Below, in pieces: positions 1 to 13,552 of a stretch of DNA of 64,000 nucleotides. Location of the stretch: contig OX597822.1 of the NCBI GenBank assembly GCA_951406725.2, positions 7,378,001 to 7,442,000 on the forward strand, written 5' to 3'. How positions within the stretch are numbered: position 1 is the stretch's first letter; each line of letters starts with the position of its first letter. The notes below the pieces were generated by a model. The model saw only the letters and a list, made by a program, of their open reading frames with translations. It did not search any database and had not been told where the DNA came from. The DNA comes from Octopus vulgaris (lineage: Eukaryota). A program made the position numbers and the translations under genes.

Positions 1-93
1 TAAAGAATAATTTCTTAAATTAATCCTGTTACAAAGGCTTTATCTCTCATTCTTTTTGTCCTTGTTTTGCAATAATTATATGTGTGTGTGTGT

Positions 94-403
94 GGAGGCG
101 CAATGGCCCAGTGGTTAGGGAAGCGGACCCATGGTTGTAGGATCGTGGCTTCGATTCCCAGACCGGGCGTTGTGAGTGTTTATTGAGCGAAAACACCTAA
201 AGCTCCGCCAGGCTCCGACAGGGGGTGTTGGCGATCCCTGCTGTACTCTTTCGCCACAACTTTCTCTCACTCTTTCTTCTGTTGGCCTGCTCAACTAGCC
301 AGCGGGGTGGCGTCATTTGAACGCTAAAACAATGCGAAGCGCATTGTGACCAGCGATGTGTAGCAACATCAGATCGCCTGGTCGGTCACGGGGATCACGA
401 TGA
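94..403 (+). mobile_element. tRNA-derived SINE, family A (tail type 1)
   Basis: A-box TGGCCCAGTGG and B-box-like GCTTCGATTCCC; whole body recurs in reverse orientation at 48192-48503; ends GTCACGGGGATCACGATGAT before (TA)n. Confidence 0.85.
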
Positions 404-775
404 TATATATATATATATATATATAACGATAAACGTCGCTCTTTCCAAACCTAGACATGGGTCCGGTTATATATTTGAATTAGATTCACTTAGGTTGATA
501 AGACTTTGTCACTCATAGCCACACTGAACATAATGCAATTAGTTTTTGAAACAAATTGTAGTTTAGTATATGATGGCTGCCGTAATGGTAAGGAATCACA
601 TTATAAAATTCAGACGTTCTCCGACGTAAGTCTTTTTCATTAAATGTACATGCTAGATTGCTTGAGTTTTCCTTACACGGTTCTACGTATGTTCTATTAA
701 ATGTCTCAGATACATGCCTAAAAAATACATAAATAGTTTATTTCTGATTTCGGGATAACAACACTTAGTATTTGT

Positions 776-1270
776 AATGCGAGTATGAAAAGTAATATTC
801 TTATGATTATAAACCTGGAAAAGTACAGGACAAGTTATTACACCTGTAAAAGTATAGGACAAGCTATTAATTCTAGTAGAGTAAAGAATAAGAAACTTTT
901 TACTTAAAATATTGCAGCAAAAAATGTCAGTTTTTCTAATTTATCACTCTTTACAGTTCTCATCTTTTAGATTTATTGTACAAAACTGTTCAGCTAATTT
1001 GTAAGTCTGTCTAATTAGTCACATTTTTCCGTTTTTAAGGTTGTAAATTAGCCAAATTCTACTTAAATAAGTAAAGTGTTATTTGTAAATTATAATAAAA
1101 TGTTTTAATATTCAATTTTTAATTTTAGCTGCAATATTTTAAGTAAAAAGTTTCTTATTCTTCACTTTACTAGAAGTAATAGCTTCTCCCATACTTTTAC
1201 AGGTGTAGTTACTTGTTCTGTGCTTTTCCAAGTTTATAATCTTAAGAATATTACTTTCCATGCTCGCATT
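776..1270. mobile_element. MITE/foldback-like element with ~145 bp imperfect terminal inverted repeats
   Basis: 776-918 (AATGCGAGTATGAAAAGTAATATTCTTA...ATTGCAGC) is the reverse complement of 1128-1270 (GCTGCAATATTTT...TACTTTCCATGCTCGCATT); AT-rich non-coding spacer. Confidence 0.75.
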
Positions 1271-2140
1271 TTTCCATGTAATCCATTTTTCCTCCAGGGA
1301 TTACTGTTGTAAGATAATTGATAATGTGCCAATTAATAATTTTAGATTTGACCATATCAAATATTGAAAGATAATATTTCAATTTTCTTGATGTTTAATT
1401 TAAATATAAGTTGTGATTGGATTATTTGATACGACCCATCCGCACCAACTTAATAGCAGGGATTTTAACCATATTGTTGCTTGCACCATGGCTCACCAAA
1501 AGTTACAAGAAACAAGACCCAAAACCATCAGTTACCAGGCTCAGCTTAAGTAACCCAAATTTGCAATATTTAGAGGTCACAGGAATTCATTCAACGAAAA
1601 AACTTCCAATGATTCCGGATTGGTGGGGAGAACCCCCCCCCCATCTCATTTTTTCCGAGTCAAAATGAGGGATTTGCAGCATATTAGGAGGTCAGAGTTC
1701 TTGATTTCACGCAAAAAAATCAATTTTTTTGCTTTCTTTTTCTTAGGGAAAATCGCGCGGTTCTTAATATTGAAATTTACCATAATGTTGTTGTTATATA
1801 ACCTCAAATCAACCCTGATACTGCACACCTATCATCAAAGACATTCCAGCCTTCAGCAAACTGTATTTTTTAGGGATAATCTAGGACATTGAATATAATG
1901 GGAGTGTGATTTAATTAGGGGGTACTTTAGCTGCTATTTTAGCGTATCGAGCGACCAGGTAGAGGCTCTTTCACTGGTCCGATTGCGTGATGAATTTTTT
2001 AAAAACATATATGTAGTATGTATATATATCATCCGCTGAAGTTAGAGAGAAAGTCAAAAGCTGAGTGTTTCGTATATTGGCACTTATCAAATACGAATTT
2101 GCCTGTTGTCACTTTGTAACCGTCTGAGGAAATAACTTCT

Positions 2141-2550
2141 AAAATACAAAATTTTGTCAAAAGCGTTAAGAATAAACCCTGTTCTATGCGACACATTCTA
2201 CCAGTGTCGGAAGTTTGAAAGTGTTTAGTTAAAAAAGATAACTAAATAATCTGTACGTCTGGTTGAATAGATACGAAATGCATGAAAGGCAAAGTCGACC
2301 TCTACGAAATTTGAACTCAAGACGTACAGACAGACGAAATACCGCTTTTTAAATACAAAATTGTTTCAAAGCCGTTAAGAGTAAACACTGTTATATGTGA
2401 CACATTCTACCAGTATCGGAAGTTTGAAAGTGTTTAGTTAAAAAACTAATTAATTATATAATCTGTACGTCGAAGTCGATATCGGCGAAATATGAACTCA
2501 AAACGTAAAGGCAGACGAAATACAGTCAACCATTCCGTCCTGCGCGCTAA
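2141..2550. repeat. Diverged ~210 bp tandem duplication, each unit ending in a minus-strand Nin-type SINE fragment
   Basis: AAATACAAAATT...GACACATTCTACCAGT...GGAAGTTTGAAAGTGTTTAGTTAAAAAA...AATCTGTACGTC occurs at ~2141 and ~2351; each is followed by AAGTCGA...GAAAT(T/A)TGAACTCAA...CAGACGAAATAC. Confidence 0.75.
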
Positions 2551-2994
2551 CGCTTCATCCAGATCCTCGGCTGGGAATGTACGCTTTCATTTTAGAAATA
2601 TATTCTTTTATTATTGCCTAAGCGTTACATTCCCTTCCTTACATACTGACATTAAATTTCGTAACATTTTACCTCATAACTCTTTTTCTACTCATTTGTG
2701 TAGCGATTCTGAAATCCTCATACATTTTTCTATCATTTAAGCCCATGAAAAACATAGTTTTAATTAAAAATGTGAACAATTATGTTAATTGAAGTGGAAC
2801 ACCTACCTTACTGCCCTCTGGAGGTCGCAGATGTTTTTCTACTGAACTAAATCTCAAACAATTTATGCCAAAGTGTAGCTGAGGAGGTAACATTTTTAAA
2901 ACAGTTAACAGTTTGCAATTTAGTTGAGAACTGAATTGGGGGTGAAGCTTCGAAGTAGCAGCGATTGACGAGAAGATTCATAAAGATGATCGTC

Positions 2995-3471
2995 TCTTTG
3001 CAACAGCTCAGCTACTGGGAAAGGTTGAAACAGCTAAGACACTACTCCCTGGAGAGAAGACGGAGATGTATGCAATAATACACATCTGGAAGATCCTGGA
3101 AGGAATTGTGCCAAATGTTGGCATTGGAAGCTACACCAATGCCAGAACGAGACAACACTGCATAGTGCCAAAGATCCCAGCAATGCCATCACGCTTCAGG
3201 ACCAGCTTCTGCAACAGCCTGGGTTTCAAGGACCCAAAGATTTTTAATATTCTCCCAAAGAGTCTGAGGAACTTGCACAACGTAGATGTAGGGGTTTACA
3301 TCTGCCGAGAGTCCCAGATGAACCTACCTCACGGCAAGAGGTGCAAATGAGGGTAGCTATATCAAACTCCATTCTGCACCAAGTGCCACAGATTAGTGGA
3401 GACTCTTAGTAATAACAGTGTAGCACAAAAAGGCAGTGCATCAGCATGGGCGCAGCTCTTCGCTGAAACTA

Positions 3472-3475
<4 letters not shown>
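2995..3475 (+). mobile_element. CR1/L2-type LINE 3' fragment (ORF2 C-terminus plus 3' tail)
   Basis: Translates across frameshifts to LSYWERLKQLRHYSLERRR..YAIIHIWKILEGIVPN...FNILPKSLRN...VPDEP...SNSILHQ, typical of the CR1-group ORF2 C-terminus. Confidence 0.8.
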
Positions 3476-3525
<50 letters not shown>

Positions 3526-3725
3526 CATTATATATATATACATTATATATCAATATATATATATATATATACATACATATACAAATATATATAAACACAC
3601 ATGCATGTGTATGTGTATGTTTGTGTCAGTGAGTATTTATGGGTATATATGTACACACACACATATATATGTATATATATTAATATACATAGGTAAATAG
3701 GATATATATATATATATATACAGAG

Positions 3726-3785
<60 letters not shown>

Positions 3786-4956
3786 AACAGACCCACTATT
3801 TGAGTGATTAAGGCTAGTTATTGACAAGTAGAAATATTTCTCCATCAAGCAATTGTCTAAATATCTACTTGAATACATTCTGCCAACCGTTTACAGTGAT
3901 ATAAGAGAATTTAGTATGATTTGAACTACATCTATACTGAATATAAATTATAATTAATAGCGCAAGTAAACCATAGATTTATCGAAGCAGAAAAGGCGGC
4001 TTCCAAAAATCGATCTTATAGTTTGATCTCGTTGCTGTCTAATCTTCACTAACAGCAGTCAGGAATGCGAGAGGAAGCTGTTGAATATATCATCTGATAT
4101 TCCATCGAATGCCTTGCCATTACATCTAGATCAAAGTAAATCCGGTGAACACACTTTCCATCCAGAGTATATTATGGAATGCTTATCACAAAATGGATTC
4201 TTTATGGGCGAAGTTCATAAATAGTGAAACAAAGATGTAATACAGGTACTTTACTTGAATTGTGAATTTTCTGGGCTGTTAGCAAACGCTATGGGTTCAA
4301 AATCGATTACTGCTGTTTCCAATATGTTATTCTCTCAGATAATTCACCTAAGATTAAAACCTATACATTTTTCTCTTTGTGGTTGATTCAAAACCACTAC
4401 GAAAGTCATGCAACTGTAAAATAGTTATTTCAGTGTTCAATTGATGTCAATACCCACTATGTTCCCATACATACACACATACATACCTACATATTATACA
4501 TATATACATATTTAGGGAAACCCGTTCTGAAACATATATATCTACATACACGTGCGTATCATACACCCCTCACCCACGTACACAATTACAATTTCTCCTA
4601 TTTGTGGGTCCAATCGGTGGATTGCACACATGCCAAGGAACCACTTACAAACTTTTTAGCGATTATACTGACCCCATTACTTATTCTGTTTTGTACTCAT
4701 GGATGCATATTCGCCGTCTCAGTGAATTTACGAGCATGATAGATATAACAACGTAAACACACGAACCCAGAAACACGCAATATATACCAGACACACTTAC
4801 AAAACCCACACACACGTATATCTATATATACATACTTATATATATTACAAAACAAACAGAAACATATTATATATACGTATAGATATAAGTGCGGTGTGTT
4901 CGTGTGTATACATAGATACATACATACATGATATACATATATATATATATATATAT

Positions 4957-5046
<90 letters not shown>

Positions 5047-5057
5047 CGTAAGCCACA

Positions 5058-5196
5058 ACTTAGTTTTCTCTCCTTGTTTTTTCTCTGTCCCTCGAAACGT
5101 AAAATAATTTTTTCTATTCCTGAGCTTTATACTAATACATCTGTTTGTTTTGTACACCACCTGTCTTTTTTCTTATTTTTTTTCGTAAACTCTTCC

Positions 5197-5197
<1 letters not shown>
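5058..5197 (+). mobile_element. Penelope-like terminal-repeat fragment with hammerhead core deleted
   Basis: Aligns with 49165-49346 and the reverse complement of 44440-44640; retains only CTCGAAACGTAAAA; flanked by (GATA)n and (TA)n. Confidence 0.7.
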
Positions 5198-5294
<97 letters not shown>

Positions 5295-5989
5295 CATGTA
5301 CTTACCTGTGTACATTCTTGAGTATAGATAGATACGCATGCATATATATATACATGTTGGTTTGAAATCATGAATTCAAGCATTCGTTGCTATTACAAGA
5401 CGCATCTTTTTAATATTACTAACGCAATTGCTTTCATTTTCTGTTTTCGTACATATTTGCCGTACATTCCAACTTATATACATACAAGTATACATACATA
5501 CATCTATCCATCCATCCACCAATCCATCCACCAATCCATCCATCCATACATACAATCATGTCTACATAATACTAATTTTATTTGAATGTACACATAAACA
5601 CCAGTATTAAATCTAACACGTGCACACATCACCACACACATACAATGACATAAGCAAGTATATATATACACTTTGCATAAATAATTTCCCAATTCATTTT
5701 GAGTATATACATGAATGGATGTTACATATTCACGAATTCATGATAAACATCATTATACTCTTTCGGAATATGTATATAACAGCCACAGCTGTTAAGATCT
5801 CTAAACGTGTCACCATTTCAGATACTATTTTCGATCAGGAAACTCGCAGTTAGCTTAATCGCAAACGTAATAGAAGTGTAAATAATATTACTAAAATAAC
5901 GGCTTTGCTCTATCATCTCTAGTTTTTTGTGCTTTCAAATATCCCATTTTAATTATGCTGCATATAAATTCAAAATATTTATTTATTTC

Positions 5990-6992
<1,003 letters not shown>

Positions 6993-7254
6993 AGGAGGAA
7001 ATGGGAATGCTGGGCTATTTGTTACCGTTGCGCAGGAGCATATTTTATTGCAAAAATATATTTTGCATTTACTCAAGCACTTTATACCGTACATTATTCT
7101 ATCTACTAATTTCGTAGATTCATTTTGTTCTCTCTCTTTCTCCTTTTCCTTTGTTCTTTGCATGTTTTTCCTCTGTCTTTCTTTCTTTATTGATTTCTAT
7201 CTTCCCTTCTCTCTAGCACTCTATCTGTCTGCCTGACTTCCTGTCTGTCTGGCG

Positions 7255-7255
<1 letters not shown>

Positions 7256-7335
<80 letters not shown>

Positions 7336-7348
7336 CCTATCTACCTAC

Positions 7349-7414
<66 letters not shown>

Positions 7415-7448
7415 CTCTCTCTATCTATCTATCTATCTACCTATCTAC

Positions 7449-7491
<43 letters not shown>

Positions 7492-7500
7492 CCTATCTAT
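7256..7500. repeat. (CTAT)n microsatellite
   Basis: Direct reading. Confidence 0.95.
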
Positions 7501-8608
7501 TTTTTATATGTGTTTCTACCTTCCTTCTTCTCACACGGTTATGCCTCTTTGTTTACTTATTTCCAACCGTTTTCTTTATAGAATATTTCCATTATTTCTT
7601 TTTACTTTCTCTTTTGTTTTTCTGTATCATTTTCGTACATCTTCCTGTTCGACACGGACCTTTAAATATAATGTCATCTATCAGATACTATATGTTAAAT
7701 GTGAAATTTTAATATATTAATATTTACGTGTCCTTCTCATCAACTAAATGTCGTCTATACAAACACGAAATTTATAAGTACAAATTTATATAAAGACACA
7801 CAAGCAAACAACACACACAGAAAACACACATATATATATGTATATGTGTTGGTTTGCTTGTATATATGTGTGTGTTTGTGTACGCGTAAGCATACGTGTG
7901 CACCTGTATATATTCTTATAAGTTTCTATGTGTATATGTGTGTGTATAATAAATGCATGTGATTGTGGCTTTTGTTTGTATGTGTTACCATCTACGTACT
8001 GATTTCGATAGATTATAGTGCTGTAGTAATAATAATTCTATCACCAGAACAATCACTTTGAAAGCATCTGTTACACATTCTTTCATTCTCTCTTCACTCC
8101 CCACCCTTATTTTTACTCTCACCTATTTATCTCTAGTTATATATCTAGTCCCATTTAAATAAATAAATTAATTGTGGCAACGTTCGATGAATATTCTATG
8201 GACAACAGACCTCTGACATTAAAGAATCTTAAACCTAGCCAACCCTTGATGTATTTGCATTCTCTTCAAAGATGCCTAACTGAGGGTATCGATCCACAGC
8301 AAATAATATTTTTTCTCTGAAATAGTTGTAGCAAAATTTAACTCAATTGTGTTCTTATTATACATCCATACATACATACATACATACATACATACATACA
8401 TACATACATACATACATACATACATACATACATACGTACGTACATACATATATATATATATATATGTATATATATAGATATATATATATATAATAATAAA
8501 TATTAGGGAATAAATCCAAATTTACAGGGAAAAAATCAGATTTAGGATTAAATCCAATTTTATAGTAAAATATTATATAATATTAATTGAAACTGATTTA
8601 TCGGAAAT

Positions 8609-8652
8609 CCACCTGAAGATTGTCATTTGAAGACATGAAACAATTGTAGTGG
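8609..8652 (+). ncRNA. Minimal type I hammerhead ribozyme motif, canonical core
   Basis: CCAC-CUGAAGA-U-UGUC(AUUUGAA)GACA-U-GAAA-CAAUUG-UA-GUGG: stem I CCAC/GUGG, palindromic stem III, GUA cleavage triplet; lies in a ~250 bp island between (TA)n arrays. Confidence 0.85.
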
Positions 8653-8740
8653 CGGTTTTTTTAAAACTTTTTATTAAAATTTTATGTATTGATTAAGTCT
8701 TTCATTGTTTGTTTTGCAAAATAGTGGTTTTGTCTCTAAT

Positions 8741-8797
<57 letters not shown>

Positions 8798-8804
8798 TAC
8801 ATAC

Positions 8805-8900
<96 letters not shown>

Positions 8901-8902
<2 letters not shown>

Positions 8903-9172
8903 TAAATGAAAAGAATGGAGTTGAACGGAGATTTTAACAAAATTCCTTTACTTTCGACATGTTTTGTTAAAATTTTGTCAAAATTTTGTTAAAATCTTCG
9001 TTCGACTCCATTCTTTTCATTTATTAATATAAAAAAACACACAAATTTCCACACACGAACACAGGGTTCTGCCCTTGGCATGTAACTTCAACCGTGTTTT
9101 ACTGACGTGAATTTGCTTCCCAGGTATCGATTAACCGAATTATCCATACTAGGATAATTCATTCATCTACCT
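8901..9172 (+). mobile_element. Palindromic Penelope-like terminal element, internally deleted relative of 48641-49072
   Basis: 8901-9025 is a near-perfect palindrome; arms and 3' extension (CAACCGTG...CCCAGGTATCG...GATAATTCATT) match 48641-49072. Confidence 0.7.
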
Positions 9173-9195
9173 AAATATATATATATATATATATA

Positions 9196-9737
9196 TGGTG
9201 GCTGCCGCCTCGTTATCGAGTATAGCTATTGCACGAACCTTAATTAATGTTGTTATCGTGCAATGCCTGTGCAAGAAAATTTTGTTTAAAGTGAGGCAAC
9301 GCTGTGCATTGAGTCAATCCCACTCTCTAAGCAACAGCAGAAATAATCTGAAAAGAATAACAAGTCAACATTATCGGTAACCACTGAGTCGCAGGTTTTA
9401 TATTGGAGTTATCCTAGTTACCTGAGTTACCTTCTCCTAGAAGGATGCCCTAACAAAGGCTAGGAGTCCTTCACTCCCAATGGTTTAACCGCGCGATCGG
9501 ATATTCTGTCCGATTATTTCTGTCCCCGCGCATGATACAGCCTTAAAATGGCCGTTGACTCTCAAGAGTTCCTCCGCCCTTTGACGGGTTATGTTTTTCA
9601 TCCCGCAGGGTGTCCAATAAACACCCTCCTCACCAAGCAAGCTTGGTGGGGTTGCCGGTTTAATCGCCGACAACCCGACCATGCAACAAGTTGTACTGGG
9701 TTACATGTTTCCTGTATCACTCGAAATTGACCTGACG

Positions 9738-9738
<1 letters not shown>
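9196..9738 (-). mobile_element. Non-autonomous RTE-like element (structured 5'-UTR-like region plus short tail) in (TA)n
   Basis: 9548-9632 is the reverse complement of 49413-49497, which is fused to an RTE-type C-terminus; both elements end CCACCA-(TA)n. Confidence 0.55.
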
Positions 9739-9794
<56 letters not shown>

Positions 9795-10752
9795 TAAACA
9801 CATGCATATATGTATATGTGTGAATGTATGAACGTTTATGTGTTTTATGTTGGTGTGTGTGTGTTGTGCGATTGGGTGTGTGTATGTGTGTATGTGTGTA
9901 TACATCGTAGGTCATAAATGCTTACTGTCTATTGTTTGTATGTCTAATCTCACAACATTTAGAATTGAGGAGAGCGAATAATTTTGTTGCGGGTTATGAC
10001 TACTGATGAAGGGACAACATTCCCTCTTTATCCAGATAATAGCTCTGCTTTCTTGTCAGTGACATGTATCTAAAAACAATTCGATACGATGATTACTTGA
10101 CCTTCACATACGTAGTTGGTTATGTTTGCATGTTGATACTTATTTTCTGTAATCTGGGAGAAAGAATGCCCTCACTTGATTTACGTTGTGAGTCATTCAT
10201 TACGCATCATGAATTATTTGTGTTTTTATTCAATACAGAGAAAAAGAGACAACACATACACATATACGTATAACGTACACAAGCACAAATATATCTATAC
10301 ATATACATGTGTGCATACATAAGCACATACACACGTATCACTTTTCGATGGTACCTCTACAGATTTTTAGAGGAACTGGAGCCAACACTGAAAGTTACGA
10401 CATCTTGTCTACGAATACTTCTAAGATAGTAAATAGGTAATGAGCTTAATTCAAGGTATGTGTGAGTGTGTGTGTGTGTGTATGTGTGTGTTTGTGTGTG
10501 CCTGACTGTCCATGTGTGCATGTAGATGATAAAGTGTCTCAGTACAAGTCGCTGTCAAGTAGGGCTACAGATGGCAGTGATGACCTCCCCCCGCAAATAC
10601 TAATAGCACTGTTTGTCATTAGCCAGCTGGTGAAGATGTATTCCTGGGGATATAAACAACAGTAGCACTCTCTTGTATAGGACGGTACACTTACTATTCC
10701 TTGGCATTACCGTTTATATCTCGCTCAGAGATTTAATATAACATATCTCTCG

Positions 10753-10827
<75 letters not shown>

Positions 10828-10863
10828 ATATATATATATATATCTACCTATCTATATATCTCA

Positions 10864-10960
<97 letters not shown>

Positions 10961-12617
10961 ATATATATATATATATGTTCATACACACATACACGCATAT
11001 AGACGAATACTCATACATACACATGTGAGACAGACACAACCACGCGTTTCTCATCCACATCCTGGAAATATGTTACCTTGCTATTTATTAAATATATCTG
11101 TAGTATTTGTAATACCTGTGGTATTTTACATAATAGATTCCAATTTCCTTTACGCTGACCACACGCATCACAATAATTCACGTAAAACTAATGAATGACT
11201 CAGGTCTCACTGAAGATAATAAGCTATCAATGAGTTGTGATTAAAGAAACAGGAAACAGGAAATATTACCTGCTGTAATGTTACATTTTCAAGTAAAACT
11301 TCATATTCTCCTCATCTAATTTAGCCTCTATTACAGTAACATCAAATTAAGTAAACAAGTAAGATATTTATTGTAAACAATCTCGTATTAATGCAAAGTG
11401 TCCCGCGGACTGCAGCATTTATAATATCTATTATGTTAATAATTGTAGAATGAGTTGGATTGATCATATTAATAATGCTTGTACTCACCATGATAATCTC
11501 AAAAGCATTAGTAATGACAATGGTCGTAATAATGGTTGTCATTGTCTTAATAATCACTAAACTGCTAATCAATGTTATAGTTTAAACGCAACAAATTTAA
11601 TTTTTGCTTTAGTGACAAACTAAATGAAGTTAGAAATAAGAATAAAATATTAAAAATATGAATTAGGTTACCTGTATGTAATAACTCTTCCTTGCACAAG
11701 CACTAGACCAATTTAATTGTTGATTGAAAGCTAATTTTCCACTAAACGATTTCTGCAAACTTAATGATTTAGTTTGTGATTGTACTCTAAAAGGTCACTG
11801 CTCCTCTAAGTTCTGCATGAGCCCTACTTCTAACTTTAAAATTATATAATGCTACTCGATTTTTTAAATAATATTATAAAAGGAAACTGATGTATTTCTA
11901 AATATATATTCAATTCGAAATCCAACAATGTTCTTTGTTGTTTTGAATCCATTCGAATTTACTGGAAGTAGGAAAAATATCTGTAGGCTAAGGACATGTG
12001 AATTTCTATAGAAATTTCAAGCCGTACCAAATCCTTTCCAAGATTCCAAACGGGAAATTATAATTTAAAGTCCTTTCCAATCTAATTACAAAAATATGTT
12101 GCGGTAAAAATTATCTTAAATTTCTTTCGTGCGATAAATGTTATTAATGATCTGAGATTTAATACTAATATAATATAATAACGATGAAATTTAATATTAA
12201 ATTATCAGTTTATACAAGCCATAACTCTTATATTTATCTCTTCAATTATGTTCTTCCCATACATTTTATGAGTATCAATATATATTCCTATATTTTTTAC
12301 GAACACACGAGGAATTCTTGCATGTTTCATATTCTTCAGCCTCTTATATTATTTTGCATATATGTATGAGTTTATTCTTTCATAATGTAGATATCAATTA
12401 TATACAGATATGCACACATGTCGTTTACTTCTAGGCATAAGTGTCTATGTCATTTCTATGCCTGTGTGAATGTGATTATATGTGTGTACATGTATGAATG
12501 CATGTGTTTCAGCGTATGTGTTTATACATATACATGTGCCTGTGTTATTGTGGGTGTATGTGCGTATGTCTCTTTTTCTGAAGAGGTGGCTGTAGGTGTA
12601 CGGGTATATTTATATAT

Positions 12618-12790
12618 AGGACGAATTCGCAAAAAAAGACGAAGACAGGTGGTGTAGACAACAAACAGATGTATTAGCTTAACGCTCGGAAAGGAAAACA
12701 GTCTTTAACGTTTCGGGCCTACGCTCTTCTACAGAAAGGAACAGAAAGGTACAGACAGAGAAAATAAAGAACGAAAAAAGTAGAAAGTAC
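12618..12790 (-). mobile_element. Penelope-like terminal-repeat fragment with hammerhead variant (CUGUAGA core, ~12702-12738)
   Basis: Matches 44440-44640; minus strand reads CUUU-CUGUAGA-A-GAGC(GUAG)GCCC-GAAA-CGUU-AAAG. Confidence 0.75.
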
Positions 12791-13370
12791 ATCAACCTAT
12801 AGGGAAAAAGAGACACACCCATACACGCACAATAGCACACACATGTATGTATATAATAAGTAAACGAAAGTACTGGAAACATTTTAACATATTTGAAAAA
12901 AGAGTAGAGATGGCTTTTTGGGATAATTTTTATAGGTTGCATCGTCCCCGGATTTATAGAGAGGAAAATTCTGAAGTTGGGTTGTTCGTTAGTGCCGCAA
13001 ATGTGTTCACTAAATGTTATTTTTTTGTATTCCCGAATTTTAACCTGGGAACTATATAGAATCATCCTTTGACGTCAACTACATTTGGTTTGACATATGT
13101 ATTGCTCTGGACATCCTGAGCAAGTTAATACATATACTAAGTTTCCCTAAGTACATGTGAAGTAGCTTTGCACTGTAAAACTTTGGCCCTGTTTGAAAAA
13201 GAATCTCCGATCACTCAATTAGGTTGTCTTTTGCATTTTCTTACTGACTGCTTCAGTGCTGTTGTCGTGTACTTGGGTTTGTGTTTAGAGATTTGAAAAC
13301 TATGGAAATGTTTAAAATAAAACATTTAATTTAATTTTTCTACAATTTAATTGTTTTTCATGCTTTACAC

Positions 13371-13458
13371 TAAGTTGAAAAGTGGCAAAGTCTGAAACCG
13401 GTACTAAAATGTTCTTCATAAAATTATTTTAGCATTTTGCACCGTGTCTTATTTTCCT
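13371..13458 (+). ncRNA. Hammerhead-like motif with UUGAAAA core in a short (TA)n-adjacent element
   Basis: UAAG-UUGAAAA-GUGGCAAAGUCU-GAAA-CCGG-UA-CUAA; homologous to the reverse complement of 63561-63654. Confidence 0.5.
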
Positions 13459-13476
13459 TATATATATATATTCACA

Positions 13477-13552
<76 letters not shown>

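Noticed and set aside
94-170. tRNA-like sequences at SINE heads (also 16541, 18386, 52685)
   Set aside because: They continue into repeated SINE bodies and lack a complete cloverleaf and terminator; not tRNA genes.
3960-4330. Minus-strand KAFD-like RT motif
   Set aside because: Needs frameshifts and lacks other RT motifs; too weak.
10000-10050. CTGATGA-AGGGA..TCCCT hammerhead-like start
   Set aside because: No correctly placed GAAA/UH or stem I; at best a decayed copy.
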